Shown piece after piece: positions 35,176 to 44,158 of a stretch of DNA of 64,000 bases; position 1 is the first letter of the stretch; each line of letters begins with the position of its first letter. The notes under the pieces were generated by a model. That model made no database searches. It was not told where the DNA came from and saw only the letters and a list, made by a program, of their open reading frames with translations. The translations under genes were made by a program, and so were the position numbers. The DNA is taken from contig CAZCYO010000002.1 of assembly GCA_964503265.1 (NCBI GenBank), positions 66,604 through 130,603 on the forward strand, written 5' to 3'. The DNA is from an uncultured Gammaproteobacteria bacterium (GTDB lineage: Bacteria; Patescibacteriota; Microgenomatia; Levybacterales; UBA12049).

Positions 35176-35657
35176 AATCCTGATACCACGTTTGTAACAG
35201 CGATGCACGAAGAAATAGTTGCATTGTGACAAAATGATGAGCTTGTACACTTCCCATCATTCCACGTAACAATTACAGTTGTTTTTGTTCCTCCAGCACA
35301 TATCGCTGCATTATTTTTTTCAATTGTTACAGATCGTTTAAATAACGTTCCAATGTTAACTGTACACGCGTTTGACTGGGTTAAGACATCGCTATCCTCA
35401 GCAAGACAATATGATCCATTAAGTGCACTAAATGTTGAAAGTTGGGAATTTCGTATGCTTCTTATGGTTTCCATTCCTTCTTGTGCATATTGTGTCGCTT
35501 GATTCTGTGTTTTACTAAATTCCATATTCGAAAGGGAAGTAGCCGTTGAAATTGTTATTGTTGAAACCACAACAACAATCACGCTTAGCGCCACAAGCAC
35601 TTCGATAAGAATTTGTCCTGATGCAATGTTAGTTTTCAGTAAGAGTAATTTGTCCAT
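35172..35657 (-). CDS. Type IV prepilin-like protein (minor pilin)
   Basis: SG|QILIEVLVALSVI. Confidence 0.6.
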   Translation of the reverse strand: MDKLLLLKTNIASGQILIEVLVALSVIVVVVSTITISTATSLSNMEFSKTQNQATQYAQEGMETIRSIRNSQLSTFSALNGSYCLAEDSDVLTQSNACTVNIGTLFKRSVTIEKNNAAICAGGTKTTVIVTWNDGKCTSSSFCHNATISSCIAVTNVVSGL

Positions 35658-36183
35658 ACGACGAAACGGAAACAGTACGACTGCCAGCAGAATTCGTAAT
35701 TTTAAATAATCCAGTCATTGCGCCTCCCGTTAACACATCAAACGAAAGTGTTGTAGCACTTGAGTTATCAAACGACACATTGGGGGAGAGTGATTTCTCC
35801 TCCACCAAAAATGTCCCATTACTACACACAGACTGAAGTTCAAATGTCGTAGCTGTTGCACCAGTCGTTTTACAGACAGGACCAGCAGAACAACGCATGA
35901 GTTGGTAGCTTTTAAGCGATGTGCATGATGATGATGCTGTTTGTGCTTGGGCTTTTGCTTTAGCTGTATGAAGCAGTACGAGTATGTCTTGTGCGGAGTT
36001 ATTAAGTTGTTGTTTTGTATTATAAGAAGAATAAGCTACCACACTCGCAACTGATAAAATAGCTATAACGGAAAATACGAGAAGAATTTCAATTAAGGTG
36101 AACCCTCGTTGTAATGATTCATGTCTCAAGCTACAAGCTCGAGAATAATTTTTAACAACATATTTTTTATAAACATTTGACAT
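35629..36183 (-). CDS. Type IV prepilin-like protein (minor pilin)
   Basis: QRG|FTLIEILLVFSVIAIL. Confidence 0.6.
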   Translation of the reverse strand: MSNVYKKYVVKNYSRACSLRHESLQRGFTLIEILLVFSVIAILSVASVVAYSSYNTKQQLNNSAQDILVLLHTAKAKAQAQTASSSCTSLKSYQLMRCSAGPVCKTTGATATTFELQSVCSNGTFLVEEKSLSPNVSFDNSSATTLSFDVLTGGAMTGLFKITNSAGSRTVSVSSYGQITLTEN

Positions 36184-36199
36184 TTGAGTTAGACATTTC

Positions 36200-36760
36200 T
36201 TAAGGATTATTCACCCAGTAATTAAACGTAGCACTACATCCCGTCGTGGTCGAATACTGTTTGCATTTACCCGCAACACTTCCGTTCAGACAGTTAGAAA
36301 CAAGCCCTGCATTGGAAAGAGGAGCTTTTTTATCGACAGTAGCATCAGCGTCGTTACTATTTTCAAGAATTGTATAAATAGTGTAGCTTGAGCCAGTAGA
36401 CGAGACTAAATAATTTGCACATGAACTAGATGGCAATGGATCTGTAATATCATCGTTAAGGTATCCGACCAGTGTCGCAGATAAATTATCGACAATATTT
36501 GCTTTACTTTCAGTACAATCTGCAGGATACGATCCAATGCATGGATAATGACCATTATCTGATCTATACACTTCAAACGCAGATTGCAGTTGCTTGAGAT
36601 GCGTTTTACGTTGAGCATCACGAGCACGTTGTCTAACTCCGATGAAATTAACCATTAGTACCGAAGATAAGATACCAATTATTGCAATGACGACAAGTAA
36701 TTCAATAAGAGTAAAACCTTTCTGCTTAGCTTCAAAAATTGTATTTTTTTTGTTGTTCAT
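36200..36760 (-). CDS. Type IV pilin-like protein
   Basis: KQKG|FTLIELLVVIAIIGIL. Confidence 0.65.
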   Translation of the reverse strand: MNNKKNTIFEAKQKGFTLIELLVVIAIIGILSSVLMVNFIGVRQRARDAQRKTHLKQLQSAFEVYRSDNGHYPCIGSYPADCTESKANIVDNLSATLVGYLNDDITDPLPSSSCANYLVSSTGSSYTIYTILENSNDADATVDKKAPLSNAGLVSNCLNGSVAGKCKQYSTTTGCSATFNYWVNNP

Positions 36761-36779
36761 ATGTTTCTCAACACCACGT

Positions 36780-37370
36780 TCATGGTTCAATAGATACATT
36801 TGGACTAGTTACACCAAAATTACAAAAAACACCATTCCCGCACATGTTATTTGCCGGTGTACTTGTACAGTTAACTCCATTATTACATACTGCAGGATCA
36901 CTTGCACCACGTTCAAGAGACACAAAAAGATAATAGGACTGTCCTTTAGATGCAACAGGTGAATAATAAGCAAATTTTCTCGCTGGAGATTTAGGATCAG
37001 TAGGAAGAACATCCATGTACGGTTGCCATGTGTCACCCCATGAAAGAGTTGTAGTTATGCTATTTACAATACTAACAATTCTATAACTATTATCAGAGGC
37101 AGGATATTGGCCGTGATCTTGATAGTATGATTCTAACGCTCGCTGGATTTGGCCGATAGATGACTTGCGCTGTGTATCACGTGATTTTTTAAATTGCTCA
37201 AGTGGGTTAACTGTCGTCAATAATGCAGTAAACAGAACTCCCAATACGGCAATAACGATAATAAGTTCAATAAGCGTAAACCCATTTGTGAAACCAGTAT
37301 TATTACTGAGAAATAGTGCTTTATTCTTAAAGTAATACATAGATCTTTTCATAGTTAATTTTGTGGACAC
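36780..37370 (-). CDS. Type IV pilin-like protein
   Basis: TNG|FTLIELIIVIAVLGVL. Confidence 0.65.
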   Translation of the reverse strand: MSTKLTMKRSMYYFKNKALFLSNNTGFTNGFTLIELIIVIAVLGVLFTALLTTVNPLEQFKKSRDTQRKSSIGQIQRALESYYQDHGQYPASDNSYRIVSIVNSITTTLSWGDTWQPYMDVLPTDPKSPARKFAYYSPVASKGQSYYLFVSLERGASDPAVCNNGVNCTSTPANNMCGNGVFCNFGVTSPNVSIEP

Positions 37371-38011
37371 TCTTCTATACAGAAGATCCCTTGTCCTGCA
37401 GGAGCTATGTTACATGTTCCATTACTGTCTTTAATATAGTTTTTAGGACTGTTCACCGGACAGCTACCTGAACCTAGATTATTTATCGGATTATTTGAGA
37501 TATAATTACAGTCCACGGCTCCCGAAATTGAACATGCCATTTGCCCTGAATAATTACAGGTAGTCATGGCAGTTAATGGGCAATCTTCATCAGTAAACGG
37601 ACGAGACGTGTATGTAGAATAAAGGACATTCCATTGTGGGCATGAATCAGTTGCATCTATTTGATAACCATATCCGCTGTTGGTGGATGTTCCAATATCA
37701 GGATCTTTAGGGACTTTTATCATATAAACTACTCCGTTTTCGATCCATGTATCTGTCGGGATTGCATCAGGATAACACTTATGATCATCATAGTAGAGAT
37801 CGAGTGCTGCTTTTAGTTGTCTGATGTCGCTGATACGTTCTGCATCTTTCGCTTTGGAAGATTGAAGACTCGGGTTACCAAAGATTAGATAGACTGTGAC
37901 AAGTGTCGCTGCTATGCCTACAACTATCACAAGTTCTATCAGGGTAAATCCATTTAATGGATGAGTACATGAAGGAAAAAGGTTGTAATAGAATTTCCGT
38001 AAAGAAGACAT
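37355..38011 (-). CDS. Type IV pilin-like protein, Cys-rich C-terminus
   Basis: PLNG|FTLIELVIVVGIAATL; track ORF 5' extension overlapping pilD rejected. Confidence 0.6.
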   Translation of the reverse strand: MSSLRKFYYNLFPSCTHPLNGFTLIELVIVVGIAATLVTVYLIFGNPSLQSSKAKDAERISDIRQLKAALDLYYDDHKCYPDAIPTDTWIENGVVYMIKVPKDPDIGTSTNSGYGYQIDATDSCPQWNVLYSTYTSRPFTDEDCPLTAMTTCNYSGQMACSISGAVDCNYISNNPINNLGSGSCPVNSPKNYIKDSNGTCNIAPAGQGIFCIEECPQN

Positions 38012-38742
38012 ACATATGTCCCGAAAACTAAAAAGGGTCCAAATGGAATCGTACCATTTTTTAGCTTCTTTATTCTCCATAGAATTAGTATGAGTGAAAC
38101 AAAAGCCCCAGTCAAGAATGCGATGTAGAAGGCAGTTATAATGTTTGGAAATCCTAAAAGTAATCCCATTAATAATGCAAAAATACAATCTCCAAATCCC
38201 ATACCTCGTCCCCTCGTTCCTAAAAATATCAAAAATAAAAATAAGAAAGCGCCTATGCCAGATTGAAGAAAAAAGAGTGGAGCATCAAGAGGAAACATAG
38301 TATTTGAACTAAGAAGAATGACTATACACGGAATAACTACAAAAAACGGAATAATTCCAGATTTTATATCTATAAAAAAAGTGAGAATAAACGTGCATAA
38401 GACAAATAGTGTGCTTATAATCGAAAGTATATGAACAGCGTCGAGTGAAAAAGTATTAACAACAGAGAGTTGTTGGAAGGAATATAAGAAAAAGAGTGCA
38501 GTACCAAATTCAGATAATGGAAAAAGTAACGATAGTTTTCTATGACAATATCTACATTTTCCACTAAGACTTAAAAAGGAAATAATTGGAAGTAGATCAT
38601 ACCAAGCCAGAGTATGGTGACAGTAGTCACATTTCGATCTTCCTCGAATAAATGATTCGCCTGCACAATAACGGTTAATAACAACGAGAAGAAAAGATCC
38701 AATAAATAATCCTACTAGAAATATATAAAGTAAAAAGAGCAT
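37954..38742 (-). CDS. pilD: Prepilin peptidase (A24 family)
   Basis: N-terminal CDYCHH...CRYCHRKLS zinc motif; polytopic membrane domain with catalytic Asp (GFGDCIFA). Confidence 0.8.
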   Translation of the reverse strand: MLFLLYIFLVGLFIGSFLLVVINRYCAGESFIRGRSKCDYCHHTLAWYDLLPIISFLSLSGKCRYCHRKLSLLFPLSEFGTALFFLYSFQQLSVVNTFSLDAVHILSIISTLFVLCTFILTFFIDIKSGIIPFFVVIPCIVILLSSNTMFPLDAPLFFLQSGIGAFLFLFLIFLGTRGRGMGFGDCIFALLMGLLLGFPNIITAFYIAFLTGAFVSLILILWRIKKLKNGTIPFGPFLVFGTYVCLLYGNSITTFFLHVLIH

Positions 38743-38770
38743 TGTATTAATGGTACAGAAGGGTGAAGCA

Positions 38771-38800
38771 AAAAAAAAGAGTCAATTTCTTGACTCTTTT
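38771..38800 (-). terminator. Intrinsic terminator of pilA (AAAAAAAGAGTCAA-TTTC-TTGACTCTTTT)
   Basis: 8-bp stem, 4-nt loop, U-run on minus strand directly after pilA stop. Confidence 0.55.
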
Positions 38801-39407
38801 ATGGGAGACAGTAGAATTTATTTACTGTCGAGCAGGCTTCAGTTGGAAAGTCTGAAGGTGGTGTTCCATTACATCGTGTTGCTGCTTTCTGTTCGATCGA
38901 TCCAGACTGTGGAAGGAAACAAACATAGACACTGCTTCCAGCTGCTGCATCTTTATACACATAGAGTGGATTAGATGTACTATCATTCAAACGTGTGATG
39001 TATGCTGGAAGTAATTCACCTGTTCCTCCAAGAGCTGTATCAGTTCCAAGCAAATCGAGAACTAATGGATTACCTGATACATTACTTTCCCAGCCAGAAG
39101 CAAATACTGTTCCTTGTTTATCTGTATATGCAGCATTTTTAACTACTTGCCAATCCTGTGTATCAACTGATCCTTCTCCATCTTGCCATGGGAGAAATCC
39201 TTGAGCAGCATTATAACGATCGATAGCACTATGAAGTTGTTCTGCATCAGAAAGAGAACCTGTATCACGACCACGATTTATTTGTTCAACTGGATTGATA
39301 GCGGAAAGGACTGCTGCAGCAAGTACACCAAGAATAGCGATTACGATAAGTAATTCGATAAGGGTAAAACCTTTTTGAATTTTTTGAAATGTAGATTGGG
39401 CAGTCAT
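38799..39407 (-). CDS. pilA: Type IV major pilin PilA-like
   Basis: QKG|FTLIELLIVIAILGVLAAAVL; own promoter region and terminator, monocistronic. Confidence 0.7.
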   Translation of the reverse strand: MTAQSTFQKIQKGFTLIELLIVIAILGVLAAAVLSAINPVEQINRGRDTGSLSDAEQLHSAIDRYNAAQGFLPWQDGEGSVDTQDWQVVKNAAYTDKQGTVFASGWESNVSGNPLVLDLLGTDTALGGTGELLPAYITRLNDSTSNPLYVYKDAAAGSSVYVCFLPQSGSIEQKAATRCNGTPPSDFPTEACSTVNKFYCLP

Positions 39408-39498
39408 ACTTTTTAGATAACGTTTTTATTTATCTGTATTCATTATTCACATGTTTGCTAATCTGTGTCAATAGAGCAAAATAGATCAATATCTTTTC

Positions 39499-40704
39499 TT
39501 ACTGAATAGATGAAATAAGACTATAAATAGGCGTAATAATTGAAATAATAAGGAACCCCACGCCTCCAGCTAAGAAAATCATAATAAATGGCTCTAGTGC
39601 AGATGTTAATGTCTTAACACGCTGATCTACCTCTCGTTCAAAGTAATCAGACACACGCAGCAGTGATTCGTCAAGCTTTCCAGTTTGTTCACCAATTTTC
39701 ACAGTTTCAACAACGATAGAAGGGAATAACGGACTAAAACTCATCGCATCGCCAATCGCTACTCCTTTTTCAACACGTTTTGCCACCGATTCAATAGCAC
39801 GTTGATAAGGAAGATTCCCGACAACTCCTCCACTTTTCTCAAGTGAATCAACGACAAGTGATCCCGTACCAACAAGTAATCCAAACGTTCGTGTAAATTC
39901 TGCCATAATTGTTTCAGAAAGTAATCTTCCAAAAACAGGTATTTTTAGTACCATTCCATCAACACGCATTCTCCCAGGTTCAGTCGCGTACCATTTTTTA
40001 AAATAATAAACAGCTCCAACGCAAGTACCTAACACAAATGGCCAGGTATAAATAAAGGTATTTCCAATACCTACAATTATTTGTGTAGACATAGGCAATT
40101 CAACATTAAGACCTTTATAAAATTTAGTTAAATTAGGAATAACAAACACTAACATTAGAATCACTACTAATATCATCATGATCACAACAATTGCAGGATA
40201 GGTTAGTGCACCACGAATAGTAGATTTCAACTTCATTTGCTTCTCAAGAGTATCTGCCAATCGTTCAAGCACTTTATCAAGTAATCCTGACTCTTCAGCT
40301 GCTTTTACAAGTGCTATATAAATAGGGGTAAAAGCAGCTGGGTATTTAACAATCGAATTAGAAAATGAGTTTCCTTCTTCAATATTTGTAATAATGCCAT
40401 TTACTATGTCTTTCATTTGTGCATTTTGGACTTGTTTTTTTAGAATTGAGAGAGCTTGCATTAAGGTCAAGCCTGAATTAAGCATTGATGCCAACTGTCG
40501 GGTAAAAAAAACAATTTCTTTTCGGTTTACTTTCTTCCCAAATGTGAGAAAGCGCATAAGATTAGCTTCGTCTTGGGGAACAATTTTAATCGGATGGTAG
40601 TCGTGATTACGAAGATACGTCGCAACCTCAGCTGGAGTTTTCGCTTCGATAAGCCCTTGAATAATTTTTCCTTCTTTGGTTGCTGCTTTATAAACAAGTT
40701 TCAT
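39499..40704 (-). CDS. pilC: Type IV pilus platform protein PilC (GspF family)
   Basis: Two GspF repeats, three TM segments. Confidence 0.85.
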   Translation of the reverse strand: MKLVYKAATKEGKIIQGLIEAKTPAEVATYLRNHDYHPIKIVPQDEANLMRFLTFGKKVNRKEIVFFTRQLASMLNSGLTLMQALSILKKQVQNAQMKDIVNGIITNIEEGNSFSNSIVKYPAAFTPIYIALVKAAEESGLLDKVLERLADTLEKQMKLKSTIRGALTYPAIVVIMMILVVILMLVFVIPNLTKFYKGLNVELPMSTQIIVGIGNTFIYTWPFVLGTCVGAVYYFKKWYATEPGRMRVDGMVLKIPVFGRLLSETIMAEFTRTFGLLVGTGSLVVDSLEKSGGVVGNLPYQRAIESVAKRVEKGVAIGDAMSFSPLFPSIVVETVKIGEQTGKLDESLLRVSDYFEREVDQRVKTLTSALEPFIMIFLAGGVGFLIISIITPIYSLISSIQ

Positions 40705-40721
40705 ATGAATAAAATACCAAG

Positions 40722-40827
40722 GGTATCAAGAGTATCAAAGGTATCAAGGGTTTAACATACTTCAGAAAAAAAGCTCTTGATACTCCTGATACTCTTTTTA
40801 TACTTCATGTCTTACCCCTGATACAGG
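40722..40827. repeat. GTATCAAG repeat array: 3 direct copies (GGTATCAAG AGTATCAAA GGTATCAAG) + 2 inverted copies + CCCTGATACAGGG hairpin
   Basis: Read directly at 40722-40748 (direct), 40776-40793 (inverted), 40815-40827; lies between pilT 3' end and pilC start. Confidence 0.4.
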
Positions 40828-40831
40828 GTAT

Positions 40832-41899
40832 TTAGATGATCATTTTCTGAAAATCTTCTGGATGTAATGCGTAGCCTTTGGCGTCATCGACTGTTACCAT
40901 ACCTGCTTTAACTAAATCTGCAAGTGATTCTTCAATCGTCATCATGCCAATATCTTTAGATGTTTGCATCGCTGATTCAATAAGATGTGTTTTACCATCT
41001 CTAATATTACTCGCAATAGCAGGTGTACCGAGAAGTATCTCAACTGCAGGTATTCTTCCGCCACCAATTTTAGGAAGAAGACGCTGGGAAATAATTCCTT
41101 TGAGCGTAGTTGAGAGTTGTACACGTATTTGTGACCTTTGATGGTCTGGAAAAGAGTCGACGATACGATCAATACTTTGTGAAGCAGAATTCGTATGCAG
41201 CGTTGCAAATACGACGTGTCCTGTTTCTGCCACGGTAAGTGCAGCCTGCATAGTTTCTGGATCTCGCATTTCTCCAACAAGTACAACATCTGGATCTTCA
41301 CGAAGAGCCGATTTAAGTGCCATCGCCCATGAATGAGTATCATTCCCAAGTTCTCGCTGAGAGATGATACTCATACCTTTTGGATAAACATATTCGATCG
41401 GATCTTCAATCGTTAAGATATGGACAGGTTTGTTTTTATTAATCTCATTTATAATTGCAGCCAGTGTGCTTGATTTTCCATGTCCAGTCGGACCTGTTAC
41501 CAGAACAAATCCTTGTACTAACTGTGCAAAATCATTGCAAATTTTCGGGAGTTCTAATTCTTCAATTGTTTTAATATTTGGAGGCAAGAAACGAAGTGCA
41601 GCGGACATATACGAACGCTGAAAATACGCGTTCACTCGGAATCGTCCTAAATCACCATACGTACCACCACCATAGCCAAATGAGAAATCAAGTTCTTTGT
41701 TTGTTAATAAAAGCTCCTTCTGTTCAGGGGTAATGAGTGCAAACACCATTCGCTGAATATCCTCGCCAGTTATTGGAGGGAGATCCGCAACTGGACGAAG
41801 TGTGCCGTCAATTCTCAGAGATGGTGGAAGCCCTGCTAATAAATGCAAATCTGATGCTTTTGATTGAATCGTTACTGCTAATAATTCTTGTATTTCCAT
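40832..41899 (-). CDS. pilT: Twitching-motility ATPase PilT
   Basis: MEIQELLAVTIQSKASDLHL..., Walker A GPTGHGKSST; track TTG start at 41926 adds 9 aa. Confidence 0.85.
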   Translation of the reverse strand: MEIQELLAVTIQSKASDLHLLAGLPPSLRIDGTLRPVADLPPITGEDIQRMVFALITPEQKELLLTNKELDFSFGYGGGTYGDLGRFRVNAYFQRSYMSAALRFLPPNIKTIEELELPKICNDFAQLVQGFVLVTGPTGHGKSSTLAAIINEINKNKPVHILTIEDPIEYVYPKGMSIISQRELGNDTHSWAMALKSALREDPDVVLVGEMRDPETMQAALTVAETGHVVFATLHTNSASQSIDRIVDSFPDHQRSQIRVQLSTTLKGIISQRLLPKIGGGRIPAVEILLGTPAIASNIRDGKTHLIESAMQTSKDIGMMTIEESLADLVKAGMVTVDDAKGYALHPEDFQKMII

Positions 41900-41920
41900 A
41901 ATATTAGTTAAAAATGTAAC

Positions 41921-41986
41921 ATTCAAAATTAAAAGTTATTTTTTTTGAAATTACAATTTTGAACTTTTCACTTTTAATTTTGAACT
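41921..41986. repeat. AT-rich palindrome TTCAAAATTAAAAGT ... ACTTTTAATTTTGAA sharing TTTTGAAnTTTTCACTTTTA core with 49428-49520
   Basis: Inverted arms read directly; core ATTTTGAACTTTTCACTTTTAATTTTGA vs ATTTTGAATTTTCACTTTTACATTTTGA. Confidence 0.3.
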
Positions 41987-41989
41987 AGA

Positions 41990-44146
41990 TTATTCCTGTG
42001 CAACTCTTAGTACTTCTTCTATTGTGGTCAGTCCGGCTAATACTTTCAAGTATCCATCTTGCATCATCGTGATCATTCCATCTGCAATTGCTTGTTTTTG
42101 AATTTCTTCACTTGCTGCATGCTCCAAAACGAGTTTGCCTAATTTCTCAGTCGCTGAGAGTACTTCGTAAATACCGATTCGTCCGTTATATCCAGATCCA
42201 CCACATTCATTACATCCTTTTCCTTTATATACTTTCACTTCAGCATCCTGAACAGTGTAAAAACGCCCAAGAACTGTTTTCATTTCATTGAGTTCCTGGG
42301 GAATTGGGGGAGAGCTTACTTTACAGTATTCACAAATACGTCTGACGATACGTTGTCCAACAATCGCATTAATTGTCGATACGAGAAGAAATGTTTCAGC
42401 ACCTAAATCTAAAAGTCGCGGAAGTGCGCCAGCTGCATCTGAGGTATGAAGCGTTGAAAACACCAAATGCCCAGTCAGTGCTGCTTGCATCGCCAGATCA
42501 GTCGTTTCTTTATCTCGGATTTCTCCGACCAGAATGATATTTGGATCTTGACGTAAAAAAGAACGAAGTCCAGACGCGAATGTTAATCCAACTCCTGTAT
42601 TAATCTGCACTTGATTAACACCCGGCATTTGATACTCGACTGGATCCTCAAGTGACATAATATTTACTTTTGGCGTATTTAATTTTGAGAGAAGAGAGTA
42701 GAGTGTCGTGGTTTTACCAGAACCTGTCGGACCACACACTAAAATAATTCCATGAGGTCGCGAAATGGCGGTCTCTAAACTTTTAAGTGATGTCCCGTCT
42801 AGGCCCAATTCGTGAAGTGTCGGAATTCCGCCTGATTTTCGAAGCAAACGCATAACGATTTTTTCACCATCAACTGTCGGTACAACTGAAATACGAAGAT
42901 CAACCTCATCATCTCGAACTTTAAAATTAAACCTTCCATCCTGAGGGCTTCGATGTTCATCAATCTTCATTTCAGAAAGAATTTTAATACGAGACACAAG
43001 TGCTTCCTGAACGTTTTTAGGTAGACTTAATTTATCGTAGAGAATACCATCAATTCGGTACCGAACACGCACACGATCTTCTTGGGGTTCGATATGTACA
43101 TCAGATGATCGGCTCGTTACAGCATACTCAAGGATGGTCGAAACGATTTTTGCAATTGGTGCTTCCTTAATGATCTGACCGATTTGGGTACTATCAACGG
43201 TTCGTCTTGCAAATTGTTCTGTTTCTTTAACAGCTGCACCGACTTCACCTACTAATTCTTGACGATATTGTTGATCTATCGCGTTTTTAACATCTTTGGG
43301 TGAAGCGGCCAAAGATTTAATTGAAAGGCCTGTTTTTTGCCTGACGAAGTCAATCGCATCTAAATCGACTGGATTAGACATCGCAATTGAGAGCGTTTTC
43401 GATTTATCATCGAAAAAGATAGGAATTAACTGAAACCGTTCTACAACAGCACGTGGAAGAAGACTTAGCGCTTCTGGAGAAAAAGACATGGAAGCAAGTG
43501 AGACATAGGGAACATTTAATAATTTCGCCTTTGCTTCAGCAAATGCATCTTCTGAGACAATTTGAAGTGATTTTAAAATTTCATCCCCATTCGCACCATC
43601 TAAAGCAGCTTTTACTTTTACTTCATCATACTGTTCTTTTGTAATTTTGTGCTCCATCAAGAGAATATCGAGAACTGTTTTCTCGTCATTTATTCCAGCC
43701 GTTCCAGTCGCATCGATCGATTGTGCAGTGACATTATCAGCACGCGGAGTTAACGTCGACTCATCTGTTAACATTTCTTCTTGAACTGGCTCCTGAGGAG
43801 GTAGGGTAGCAGGATTATTCGTCTGTTGAGCAGGTGATGGGGTACTAAGCGTATGTTGAATATCTTTTAAGGCTGAGAGTGATGCATCAAGTGATTTTTC
43901 ATCAAGTGGCGTTTCACCTAACTCATTTGCATGAGTATGTAGTGTAGGTGAGGACGTAGCAGTCTCATTAGTCGGTATAGGATGAGAATTATCAGTAGAT
44001 GGCACTGATGGATTTGTTTTAACAATAAGTGAATCCCCAGATACGAGAGGAGCTGGCATCGACGGAAGAGATGATGGGATTGTCGTATCCGTATTTTGAG
44101 ATGGGAGCAGTGAGTTTACATCAGGCATTACTTTTATAGTACTCAA
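41990..44146 (-). CDS. pilB: Type IV pilus assembly ATPase PilB (GspE family) with about 150-aa S/T/P-rich N-terminal extension
   Basis: MshEN-like region, Walker A GPTGSGKTTT, C-terminal CNECGGSGYNGR zinc motif; alternative start M125 (about 43774) possible. Confidence 0.85.
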   Translation of the reverse strand: MSTIKVMPDVNSLLPSQNTDTTIPSSLPSMPAPLVSGDSLIVKTNPSVPSTDNSHPIPTNETATSSPTLHTHANELGETPLDEKSLDASLSALKDIQHTLSTPSPAQQTNNPATLPPQEPVQEEMLTDESTLTPRADNVTAQSIDATGTAGINDEKTVLDILLMEHKITKEQYDEVKVKAALDGANGDEILKSLQIVSEDAFAEAKAKLLNVPYVSLASMSFSPEALSLLPRAVVERFQLIPIFFDDKSKTLSIAMSNPVDLDAIDFVRQKTGLSIKSLAASPKDVKNAIDQQYRQELVGEVGAAVKETEQFARRTVDSTQIGQIIKEAPIAKIVSTILEYAVTSRSSDVHIEPQEDRVRVRYRIDGILYDKLSLPKNVQEALVSRIKILSEMKIDEHRSPQDGRFNFKVRDDEVDLRISVVPTVDGEKIVMRLLRKSGGIPTLHELGLDGTSLKSLETAISRPHGIILVCGPTGSGKTTTLYSLLSKLNTPKVNIMSLEDPVEYQMPGVNQVQINTGVGLTFASGLRSFLRQDPNIILVGEIRDKETTDLAMQAALTGHLVFSTLHTSDAAGALPRLLDLGAETFLLVSTINAIVGQRIVRRICEYCKVSSPPIPQELNEMKTVLGRFYTVQDAEVKVYKGKGCNECGGSGYNGRIGIYEVLSATEKLGKLVLEHAASEEIQKQAIADGMITMMQDGYLKVLAGLTTIEEVLRVAQE

Positions 44147-44158
44147 AGGTGACTTCGT

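Noticed and set aside
40705-40831. CRISPR array
   Set aside because: The GTATCAAG repeats are only 9 bp, have no unique spacers of 25-40 bp, and include inverted copies. This is not CRISPR; no cas genes are nearby.
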